A stretch of DNA of 26,298 nt from a virus (IMGVR_UViG_3300029145_000021:1-26298); one strand, 5' to 3'; counted from the first letter of the stretch, positions 1 through 6,817 are shown. Numbers and translations are program-made. Notes: generated by a model not told the origin, from the sequence alone.

Positions 1-204
1 ATCTTGGAAATCGAGTTCGTAGATTTCAGCGAACCATTCCAAGAAAGAAGCCCGAGCTTCCTCGTCATTGCCAAGCAATGCCATGTGCTGGTCGAATTGC
101 TGGGTCAGGTAGAAAAGGTCAGCTGTCTCTTCGATGCGCGCCGTAGAGGCGGTCACTTTATCGAGCCAGCTTTGTGCTTCGTAGTCTGTTGTTGAAAAAG
201 CCAT
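1..204 (-). CDS. Hypothetical acidic protein, first gene of leftward early operon (runs off window; not in ORF track)
   Basis: Minus-strand ATG at 204 preceded by GGAGGG (209-214); open to base 1: MAFSTTDYEAQSWLDKVTASTARIEETADLFYLTQQFDQHMALLGNDEEARASFLEWFAEIYELDFQD... Confidence 0.8.
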   Translation of the reverse strand, partial: MAFSTTDYEAQSWLDKVTASTARIEETADLFYLTQQFDQHMALLGNDEEARASFLEWFAEIYELDFQD

Positions 205-227
205 GTAGCCCTCCGATGTCTTGAGGG

Positions 228-269
228 CATTTAACCACGACTGAAATTTAAGTCAACCTAAAATTTAAG
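228..269 (-). promoter_or_regulatory. PL-like promoter with overlapping operator repeats
   Basis: Minus strand TTGACT (256-251) - 17 bp - TAAATG (233-228); two CTTAAATTT repeats 17 bp apart; 14-mer CTTAAATTTCAGTC shared with the rightward block. Confidence 0.7.
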
Positions 270-281
270 CTGGGTTGAAAA

Positions 282-593
282 TTATTTTCCTATCGCCGCT
301 TTTATCATTGCAACTACGGTGGTGCGGTTCTCGTCATTGATGAGCTTGAGAAGGTCAACAACTTCGCTGTTTTTGCCGGGATCATTCTCGATCAGGTCAG
401 ACACGCTAACGTCCAGCGCAAGCGCGAAAGCATTAAGCTGCTCAAGGGTGGGCGATTGTTCACCACGTTCGATGTTGCTCACCGTCACATAAGACATGAG
501 CTGTTCACCTGGTTTGCTTTCCATGCGCTCTGCTAACTGCTTTTGCGTCAGCCCGCGCGCCTTTCGCCATGAGCGTATGTGATGCTTTGCCAT
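282..593 (-). CDS. CI-like XRE-family HTH repressor (short, no S24 peptidase domain)
   Basis: IRSWRKARGLTQKQLAERM...SYVTVSNIERGEQSPTLEQLNAFALALDVSVSDLI is a typical HTH_3 domain; divergent from a small Cro-like gene. Confidence 0.9.
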   Translation of the reverse strand: MAKHHIRSWRKARGLTQKQLAERMESKPGEQLMSYVTVSNIERGEQSPTLEQLNAFALALDVSVSDLIENDPGKNSEVVDLLKLINDENRTTVVAMIKAAIGK

Positions 594-637
594 GCCGAAA
601 GATACACCCCCAACGCATAGTAGTTTACACCGCTCAA

Positions 638-679
638 CTTAAATTTTCACTTGCCTTAAATTTCAGTCTAGCTTAAAAG
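638..679 (+). promoter_or_regulatory. PR-like promoter with overlapping operator repeats
   Basis: TTGCCT (651-656) - 17 bp - TAAAAG (674-679); CTTAAATTT at 638-646 and 655-663; inverted counterpart of 228-269. Confidence 0.7.
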
Positions 680-686
680 GGGGTTC

Positions 687-908
687 ATGACACACCCTCT
701 TCGCATCTGGCTCAAGGCCAAAAACATGAATGTGAAGTCCTTTTGTGAGGGCGAGCCATTCTCGTATGTCACTGTCTATCGCCTTTTGAAGGGGGACGGT
801 GACTTCAGCACATCCACGCTGCGGGCAATCTCCGAAAGAACAGCTGGCGAGGTCACCCCCGCACAGCTGGTAGAGCGCCTCACAAAACCCCAGCCCGAGG
901 CGGCATAA
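687..908 (+). CDS. Cro-like HTH regulator
   Basis: 73 aa, divergent from repressor; HPLRIWLK...SYVTVYRLLKG...LRAISERTAGEVTPAQL resembles phage Cro/YdaS-like proteins. Confidence 0.85.
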   Translation: MTHPLRIWLKAKNMNVKSFCEGEPFSYVTVYRLLKGDGDFSTSTLRAISERTAGEVTPAQLVERLTKPQPEAA

Positions 909-911
909 ATC

Positions 912-1358
912 ATGACGGGGGCAGGGGCTAAAAGTTGCGAACACTGCGCACAGAGCTGTCAGTACACACCAGCTGACGAATGCCGTGAATACAATGTGCA
1001 CGGTGATAATTACTGGCTTTGCGATCCATGCGCAAAAGCTGGCGCGCCCAAACTGAAGCCTGAGCCGGACTTCGGTGAAGCTCCATCAAACAGCACAGAC
1101 ACCAGCCAGCAATCTGCTCGCCAGTCAGACAAGGATGTCACGCCTCAGTGCTACCTAATTTTGGGTGTGCTGGCGGCTGCTCCGGGCGGGCTGATCCGAG
1201 AGGAAATCTCAGAGCGTGCTGGCGTGGTCAACCAAGCGGTGTGCGCTCGTCTGAACACTCTGGAAAAGCGCGGCCTTGTTCGGGTGGATGGTGAGAAGCG
1301 CATGGCTGGGACGCGGCGGCTTCAACAAGTTTATCACTATTCTGGGAGGGCGTCATGA
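912..1358 (+). CDS. Phage protein with N-terminal Cys-rich (Zn-finger-like) region and C-terminal winged HTH
   Basis: CEHC..C...C...CDPC at N-terminus; GLIREEISERAGVVNQAVCARLNTLEKRGLVRVDGEKR...QVY winged-helix pattern. Confidence 0.7.
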   Translation: MTGAGAKSCEHCAQSCQYTPADECREYNVHGDNYWLCDPCAKAGAPKLKPEPDFGEAPSNSTDTSQQSARQSDKDVTPQCYLILGVLAAAPGGLIREEISERAGVVNQAVCARLNTLEKRGLVRVDGEKRMAGTRRLQQVYHYSGRAS

Positions 1359-1750
1359 AAACTGGGCGACCAACGGACTACATCAAACTGCGGCGCTACA
1401 AACGGCTTGCCGCAACGGTGGCTTATGAGGGGGGAAACCTCAAAGAGTTCGCCGAGCGGGCGGGCGTGTCTGCTGCGTTCGCGACTCGCTACCTCAAGCA
1501 GCGAGCCCCGGAGCATCACCGCGCTCTGAAGGATAACGCCCGCTACGCAGCATTGCATCCATTGGTTGTTCTGAGCCGCCTTCGTGTCATCGCTCAAAGC
1601 CGAACGAAAACCATTGCAGCGAAGCGTCTGAACCTGACGCTACCCGGATTAAGCAACTTCCTGAAGCGATATGCGCCTGACGGCGTAACGGAAGCATTGC
1701 CTGAATACGAAGAGGCTTATGGCGCGCCACTGTTTGAGGAGGCCGCATGA
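1355..1750 (+). CDS. Hypothetical DNA-binding protein with two HTH-like repeats
   Basis: ATGA overlap, GGAGG RBS; NLKEFAERAGVSAAFATRYLKQRAPE and TKTIAAKRLNLTLPGLSNFLKRYAPD. Confidence 0.7.
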   Translation: MKTGRPTDYIKLRRYKRLAATVAYEGGNLKEFAERAGVSAAFATRYLKQRAPEHHRALKDNARYAALHPLVVLSRLRVIAQSRTKTIAAKRLNLTLPGLSNFLKRYAPDGVTEALPEYEEAYGAPLFEEAA

Positions 1751-1944
1751 CTTGGGAACCTATCGAAACCGCACCAACGGATGGCACACGGTTTCTTACT
1801 GTGCAGCGCAATCAAAAAACATACGAACTTCAATGCGTGATCGCATATTACCGGCTTACTTCACACTCGCGCCAGCTTCAGCTCATCGGCGCTCGCAAAA
1901 AGGAAGCAACACACTGGATGCCTTTGCCCGAGGTGCCGGAATGA
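1747..1944 (+). CDS. DUF551-like small phage protein
   Basis: WEPIETAPTDGT...THWMPLPEVP signature; ATGA overlaps at both ends. Confidence 0.85.
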   Translation: MTWEPIETAPTDGTRFLTVQRNQKTYELQCVIAYYRLTSHSRQLQLIGARKKEATHWMPLPEVPE

Positions 1945-2099
1945 ACTCCCGCAAAGAAGATGAACTCGACCTGGAAGCCATGTCCATCGCTGACATGGTG
2001 AAGAACTCCGACAATCTGCGTGTTCCTCGCAATCCAGAATGGGCCCTGCGTGAACTTGAGCGCTGGCTGACACCTGAAACTGAGGAGTGGGTTGCATGA
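1941..2099 (+). CDS. Hypothetical protein (52 aa)
   Basis: ATGA-coupled to both neighbours, GAGG RBS; MNSRKEDELDLEAMS...EEWVA (3' part of track ORF 1719..2099). Confidence 0.7.
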   Translation: MNSRKEDELDLEAMSIADMVKNSDNLRVPRNPEWALRELERWLTPETEEWVA

Positions 2100-3001
2100 G
2101 CAAGCACCAAGCACGTTTTTCCCAGCTGCCGCGCGCCGCCGTGATCGACCAGAGCCTGTCGTCCACTGATTTTAAGGTGCTTGCGATCATCGGCCTGTAC
2201 CTGAATCATGACCGCGAAGCTTGGCCATCTCAAGACACGATTGCAGAGGTTGGCGGCATGTCTCGGCGCACGGTTATTCGGGCGATCAAGAGCCTGGAAC
2301 AGGCCGGGTACATCGAGAGCAAAAAGAAGTATCCGAACCGGGCCGGAACCCACAAATGCTACCGGGTTGTCATGTCCAGAAGTGACAAAAATGGCACTTC
2401 TAGAAATGCCACTCACGTCACTTACGAAAGTGACACAGCTCTGTCACTTCCCATAAGAACTAGCCCAGTTGAACTAACAACACCTAACGGTGTTGATGCG
2501 CGCGCGAACGAAATTGATCTGGCCTTTGATGATTTTTGTTCGAAGGCCAAGGCGCACGGTTGGCCTGTTCCGAAAAAACTATCACCAGCCCGCAAGACCT
2601 CGCTCCAGAAGCGGGTCAAGGAAAACACGCTCGGCGGCTGGTCCGAGATTCTGAGCATCTGCGCTCGCAGTGACTTCCTGTGCGGGCGCACTGCTCGCCC
2701 GTTCACCCTGACAATCGATTGGCTGCTCAAGCCTGCAAACATCCTGAAAGTTCTGGAGGGAAATTATGACAACCGCGCCAGCACACATCAACCGGCCGGC
2801 CAACGACACACAGTTGACGATAACCCGTTCGTCCGAGGAGCTGAAGAAGCCGCTTACCGAATTGACCATGCGTCACTACCGCGACGAGAGCGGCAAGAAT
2901 TTCACCGAGCGCGGGCACATTCTGAAAGTGCCGATGTCAGTAGCGATGCAATCACGCTCGACGCTGACGGAAATGTTATCTCCACCAGGCTCGCAAGCTG
3001 A
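2096..3001 (+). CDS. Phage replication initiator (lambda O-like, N-terminal HTH)
   Basis: AWPSQDTIAEVGGMSRRTVIRAIKSLEQAGYI N-terminal HTH; C-terminal SDFLCGR...TIDWLLKPANILKVLEGNYDN motif typical of phage initiators; internal iterons; start taken at ATGA overlap 2096. Confidence 0.88.
   Translation: MSKHQARFSQLPRAAVIDQSLSSTDFKVLAIIGLYLNHDREAWPSQDTIAEVGGMSRRTVIRAIKSLEQAGYIESKKKYPNRAGTHKCYRVVMSRSDKNGTSRNATHVTYESDTALSLPIRTSPVELTTPNGVDARANEIDLAFDDFCSKAKAHGWPVPKKLSPARKTSLQKRVKENTLGGWSEILSICARSDFLCGRTARPFTLTIDWLLKPANILKVLEGNYDNRASTHQPAGQRHTVDDNPFVRGAEEAAYRIDHASLPRRERQEFHRARAHSESADVSSDAITLDADGNVISTRLAS
2379..2450. repeat. Three palindromic iterons, probable phage replication origin
   Basis: GAAGTGAC-aaaaat-GGCACTTC (2379-2400), GAAATGCC-actcac-GTCACTTA (2403-2424), AAAGTGAC-acagctct-GTCACTTC (2427-2450); starts spaced 24 bp; in the interdomain linker of the initiator gene as in lambdoid phages. 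Confidence 0.75.
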
Positions 3002-3281
3002 TCTGGCTGAAAGCCTAAAGCCGCTTGCTTCACGCCCAGCGCAGAACAGCACGGAAGAGGCTTCTGGAAAGGCGTACATGGTCCTGCTTCAGGGGCAACC
3101 GATGATCAGCGTCCTGCACGCGGTGGACCGCGTTTTGAAGGATTCAGTTTCAACCTTCCGGCCGACGCCCGGACAATTCCTGAAGCTGGTCACAGATCAC
3201 GCAAAAACAATCGAGCTGAAGCTGGCCCACCTGAACGAAGCCATCGCAGCGCATCAACACACACAGGGAGCAGGGGCATGA
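2934..3281 (+). CDS. Probable helicase loader (lambda P-like); start uncertain (2934, 2946 or 2973)
   Basis: Directly follows/overlaps initiator; FRPTPGQF resembles the FLPSPGQF motif of lambda P-type loaders. Confidence 0.6.
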   Translation: MSVAMQSRSTLTEMLSPPGSQADLAESLKPLASRPAQNSTEEASGKAYMVLLQGQPMISVLHAVDRVLKDSVSTFRPTPGQFLKLVTDHAKTIELKLAHLNEAIAAHQHTQGAGA

Positions 3282-3691
3282 ACCGCACAGCATTCAAGGA
3301 CGCACTGGAAGAGGCTCGTGCTTTCTTCAACAAGCCAGAGCTTTCAAAGCACCAGGTCCAGAAGAAAACCAAGGTTCGCGGCATTGTCCGCATCCGGTGG
3401 TTCATGATGGCCTACATGCGCGCTCGTGACCCGAACCATTACAGCTATCCGATCATCGCACGCAGTTTCAATCTCAGTGACCACACGACCGCCATGCATG
3501 GCGTAAAAAAGGCCCACGAGGAATGGGGCCGCTCGATCTTCCAGAAGCTCGCATTGCAGACCCACACCTCTGAACAGCCAGAAGAAGCACAGTTTGTCCA
3601 CAGACCTTCAGCTGATGAAATCGAGGGTATTGGCACAGCCAACCTCGCCATTTGGGTAAACGGCAAAGGTTGGCAGCGAGGTGCAGCGTGA
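3278..3691 (+). CDS. Stand-alone DnaA C-terminal (domain IV) HTH-like protein
   Basis: IVRIRWFMMAYMR...SYPIIARSFNLSDHTTAMHGVKK matches DnaA signature RQIAMYL..SLPEIG..FG.RDHTTV.HA..K; no AAA+ domain. Confidence 0.8.
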   Translation: MNRTAFKDALEEARAFFNKPELSKHQVQKKTKVRGIVRIRWFMMAYMRARDPNHYSYPIIARSFNLSDHTTAMHGVKKAHEEWGRSIFQKLALQTHTSEQPEEAQFVHRPSADEIEGIGTANLAIWVNGKGWQRGAA

Positions 3692-4008
3692 TGGGGGTAA
3701 ACGAAGTTCAAGTTCGAAAAGCACTAGGCATTTTGATGGCGTCAGTAACGCCTGATGATCGAGATGAAAGATCCCCAGAGTTTGGCGCTCTGATCAAGGA
3801 TTCACGCAAACAATCAGGGCTTAGTCTTCAGGCTGTTGCAGACGCGATGCACAGCTCAAAAGCCCATATCTGGGAGGTTGAGCAGGGGCGCTCAAATCCT
3901 TCAACAAAGTTTGTGTGGGAGGTCTGCAAGGTGCTTCCCATCGATCCGCTCGTGGCGCTTCAGTCTGCCGCGCAATCATACAACAGAAAAGGAGCATTCA
4001 ATGTCTGA
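3688..4008 (+). CDS. XRE-family HTH protein
   Basis: FGALIKDSRKQSGLSLQAVADAMHSSKAHIWEVEQGRSNPS; GTGA overlap with upstream gene, GAGG RBS. Confidence 0.8.
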   Translation: MMGVNEVQVRKALGILMASVTPDDRDERSPEFGALIKDSRKQSGLSLQAVADAMHSSKAHIWEVEQGRSNPSTKFVWEVCKVLPIDPLVALQSAAQSYNRKGAFNV

Positions 4009-4525
4009 GGCAAATCAAGGTGATGCCAAACGGGAGCTGCCCGCAAAACCGTTCATCCCTCAATCACATCACCTCGGCCACCGTGATCAAGAGATGTTTG
4101 ACAACATCACTATCGAGACTGTGCCACGCTGGAAGGAGAGCCATCTTTCTGGCGATGAGTGGCGCTTTAGTGCGGTTGCTAGATTTTGGCTGAAGGGTGT
4201 TGAGGTGCACTCTCAAGGGTTTCGCAACATCGAAACTGCGGTGAGTTGCATCCCCTCAATGCTGCACGGATTCAATGTCCCAGAAGAGGTCTGGGAAAAT
4301 CGACAGCAAGCGTTGAAGGGCAAGTGCGACAATCCCGGTTGCTGTGAGGACGCAAAGTTCATTCACCACCTGAAGCATCGATACACTCGCGAAGGCGTTA
4401 AACACGATGTCGGGTTGGGCGGATCTCATCGTCAGTTTTGTGAGCGGCACACGCATCGTGGCGACTGTGCTTTGGAGGATGCGGACCACAATTACGATGT
4501 GGATGAAATTGGAATGCGCCAGTGA
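4001..4525 (+). CDS. Hypothetical protein with C-terminal Cys/His cluster
   Basis: AAGGAG RBS before ATG 4001; CDNPGCC...FCERHTHRGDC. Confidence 0.75.
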   Translation: MSEANQGDAKRELPAKPFIPQSHHLGHRDQEMFDNITIETVPRWKESHLSGDEWRFSAVARFWLKGVEVHSQGFRNIETAVSCIPSMLHGFNVPEEVWENRQQALKGKCDNPGCCEDAKFIHHLKHRYTREGVKHDVGLGGSHRQFCERHTHRGDCALEDADHNYDVDEIGMRQ

Positions 4526-4620
4526 CCTCTCGCGACAAACAAACCTACCGCATCCTAGCTATCATAGTCGGCACTTGGCTCGCTCTTGGATTTCTAAAGC
4601 TGAACGGGGTGTTTGGATGA
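4522..4620 (+). CDS. 32-aa single-pass membrane microprotein (not in ORF track)
   Basis: GTG start overlaps upstream TGA, its TGA overlaps next ATG; MTSRDKQTYRILAIIVGTWLALGFLKLNGVFG. Confidence 0.65.
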   Translation: MTSRDKQTYRILAIIVGTWLALGFLKLNGVFG

Positions 4621-4886
4621 CGGTCATAGAAAAGATGGCGCGTGCGATTCAGGCTGCTCATGCGAACTACGAAAACCGAATGGTGTGGCACTGGGATGAG
4701 GTCACCGAGCCATGGAAAAGCATTTACTTGCAGATGGCCAAAGCCGCCCTCTCCGCATTGGAGGAACCGAGCGACGACATGATCTCCAGAGGCCTGTCGG
4801 CAAGCGGCTATTCAGCCAGCGGAAGAGATGAAGTGGCTTGGATCTTTAAGCGCATGATCCGTGCAGCGAAGGGGGAGCAGGGATGA
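4617..4886 (+). CDS. Hypothetical phage protein
   Basis: MTVIEKMARAI...AKAALSALEEPSDDMISRG...WIFKRMIRAA pattern common in alphaproteobacterial phages; ATGA overlaps. Confidence 0.8.
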   Translation: MTVIEKMARAIQAAHANYENRMVWHWDEVTEPWKSIYLQMAKAALSALEEPSDDMISRGLSASGYSASGRDEVAWIFKRMIRAAKGEQG

Positions 4887-5521
4887 TCGCTGCACTCTAC
4901 GTCCAGACAGACGGCTCCTACTTCGATCTCGCGGGCGTTGATCCGTGGGATGAAGAGCGGGATGCCCGCAAGTATGCCGGGCCGCATCCGGTTATCGCCC
5001 ACCCCCCGTGCCAGCGCTGGGGCAAGATGTGGGCAGGACAACCGCTCTGGATCAAGCGCACAGGCGAACGAAAGATCAAGGGCGATGATGGCGGGTGCTT
5101 CGCTGCGGCTCTGGAAGCTGTTCGTCAGTTTGGGGGTGTCCTTGAGCATCCTTGGGGCAGCCACGCCTGGCCACATCACAATCTGAACACGCCACCAAAA
5201 TCAGGTGGATGGATCACGGCAGACTTCTATGGCGGCTGGACCTGCTGTGTCGAGCAGGGGCGATATGGTCATTACGCCAGAAAGCCCACGCTGCTTTACG
5301 CGGTCGGGTGCGATCTGCCTGAACTGGACTGGGGCATCAGCGAAGCGTCTTTCCCGCAGTGGGCTATCGACAAGCACGGTCTGGACTACTGCAAGCGCGC
5401 CGGAGAGCTGGCCTTCAAAGGTGGAGGCACAGACAGCACGCCGCGCATCGGAACCCCTGAACCGTTTCGTAACCTGCTGATCGAGATGGCTCGATCCGTG
5501 AACGCGAGGATTGCCGCATGA
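4883..5521 (+). CDS. Divergent DNA cytosine-C5 methyltransferase-like protein
   Basis: VIAHPPC (motif IV-like), VLEHP (motif VI ENP-like), Q..YGH.ARKPT.LY (motif VIII-like), C-terminal TPEPF; canonical FxGxG motif I not evident. Confidence 0.6.
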   Translation: MIAALYVQTDGSYFDLAGVDPWDEERDARKYAGPHPVIAHPPCQRWGKMWAGQPLWIKRTGERKIKGDDGGCFAAALEAVRQFGGVLEHPWGSHAWPHHNLNTPPKSGGWITADFYGGWTCCVEQGRYGHYARKPTLLYAVGCDLPELDWGISEASFPQWAIDKHGLDYCKRAGELAFKGGGTDSTPRIGTPEPFRNLLIEMARSVNARIAA

Positions 5522-6129
5522 AATACCAATCTCAAACCGCACCACAGCGAGCCTACCATGCCCGAAGCCGTGGCCTGGATCATTCCATGCGCCTACAGGA
5601 TCAAGCGGAGGTGATCGCCCTACGCCAAGGCGACGAAGCAGAAGCGTTGCGTCGAAGAAACGCCAGACAGGATCTCTCAGCCAAGCGCAAGCGCTCAGAG
5701 ATCAAGCCTATCGCTTTTGGCATCATCAGGGAGCTGGGCAGTCGGGATGCTATCGGCAATCTGCTCAAGGCTCGCTTTCTGGAAGAGCGCCACGGCAGAA
5801 CGACCTTGCAGCTTCGAGATTACATGACGGCCAGAGAGGTCACAATGGGCGGCTCAGGAAATCTCGTTTTCGTGGACGGTGGTCAGGCAAGCGGCATTGA
5901 AAGCAAGCTGCACGCACTCAGACAGGCCGCCAAGGCGGTTTCTGCTGGTGAACGGTCTCTGCCAGCGGTGGACTTCGTAAAGCCTGTCACGGGGCTTGTG
6001 TGTGGGCATATGACGCTCTTGCAGGCAGGCCGGGTGATTGGCGGTGACACGACCAAGTGCAAGCAGCGAGTGAAAACAGCGCTGAAGGTTTATCTTGAAG
6101 CAGCTGAGCCGTTTTTTGGGGGTGGGTGA
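5518..6129 (+). CDS. Putative late-gene regulator (Q-position, DUF6456-like C-terminus)
   Basis: Basic protein at end of early operon before a putative late promoter; C-terminal LVCGHMTLLQAGRVIGG...VKTALKVYLEAAEPFF is HTH-like; function inferred from position. Confidence 0.5.
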   Translation: MKYQSQTAPQRAYHARSRGLDHSMRLQDQAEVIALRQGDEAEALRRRNARQDLSAKRKRSEIKPIAFGIIRELGSRDAIGNLLKARFLEERHGRTTLQLRDYMTAREVTMGGSGNLVFVDGGQASGIESKLHALRQAAKAVSAGERSLPAVDFVKPVTGLVCGHMTLLQAGRVIGGDTTKCKQRVKTALKVYLEAAEPFFGGG

Positions 6130-6635
6130 TGGCGAATAAGCACGACACAATGTCTGGCTGGCAAACACTTATTTTCCTCGCGCTGTTGCTGGCTTTTATT
6201 CCAACATGCGTATGGTCCACGAGAGAGCACGCGAAAACCAAGATCAAGTATCCCGCGCCTCAAGCTGCCATTATGGCCCCGGTTGTTTCTAATCCAGATG
6301 CCACGCCGCATATGGTCAAGTATCGCCTAGGGAACTGGCCGCCACCGCCAGCTTACACTGCTAACACATCATCAATCGTGCACTTTGTGGACCCTGAGCG
6401 AACACCATTTTATTGCGACAACGCCAATGCGCTTGCGTGTCAAACTTCGGATGAAATGGGACGTCCCGAAATTGTTATGCCAAATCCGTGCGAGTACATG
6501 GGCGAAGCCTACGCAAGAACACTTTGCCATGAGGTGGCGCACGTCAATGGATGGGTTCATGGAGAGCTGGGGGCTTTGCCCACATACACTTGCAAATCCG
6601 ATGAGCAGGGAGAGCTTGAGTGCGAAAAGGACTAG
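6129..6635 (+). CDS. Membrane-anchored/secreted putative zinc metallopeptidase
   Basis: N-terminal hydrophobic helix WQTLIFLALLLAFIPTCVW; HEVAHVNGWVH = HExxHxxGxxH at 6528-6560; several Cys; start 6126 (GTG) or 6129. Confidence 0.65.
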   Translation: MANKHDTMSGWQTLIFLALLLAFIPTCVWSTREHAKTKIKYPAPQAAIMAPVVSNPDATPHMVKYRLGNWPPPPAYTANTSSIVHFVDPERTPFYCDNANALACQTSDEMGRPEIVMPNPCEYMGEAYARTLCHEVAHVNGWVHGELGALPTYTCKSDEQGELECEKD

Positions 6636-6638
6636 GGC

Positions 6639-6666
6639 TTGCATAAGTCACGAACAGTGGTAGATT
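6639..6666 (+). promoter_or_regulatory. Putative late (PR'-like) promoter
   Basis: TTGCAT - 16 bp - TAGATT with extended -10 TG (6658-6659); at start of the first long intergenic gap before late genes. Confidence 0.55.
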
Positions 6667-6681
6667 CACCACAATCGCATT

Positions 6682-6817
6682 CCTGACTCCGGCAGTTGAG
6701 TGCTTCGGGGCAAATCCCAAACTTACAGTTTCCAGCGGCACGGAATGGCATTCCGGGGCCTGTTCAAGGTGTACGGCAGAACATGTCCTTCACACGCTTT
6801 GAACAGCCTAGTGCCGC
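6682..6817 (+). ncRNA. Structured leader RNA (bulged hairpin plus three-way junction), function unknown
   Basis: GCGGCAC/GTGCCGC closing stem (6735-6741/6811-6817) enclosing GGAAT/ATTCC hairpin and CTGTTCAAGGTGT/ACGCTTTGAACAG stem; upstream CCTGA-CTC/GAG-TCGGG hairpin. Confidence 0.45.

Noticed and set aside
4-195. 63-aa plus-strand ORF
   Set aside because: Antisense to a better-supported minus-strand gene with RBS and promoter
231-676. TTAA repeats as CtrA boxes
   Set aside because: Spacing is TTAA-N13-TTAA, not the TTAA-N7-TTAA CtrA consensus
1719-4616. Long 5' extensions of track ORFs 1719, 2766, 3652, 3836 and 4407
   Set aside because: They overlap upstream genes extensively; internal starts with RBS or coupled overlaps (1941, ~2934, 3688, 4001, 4617) fit better
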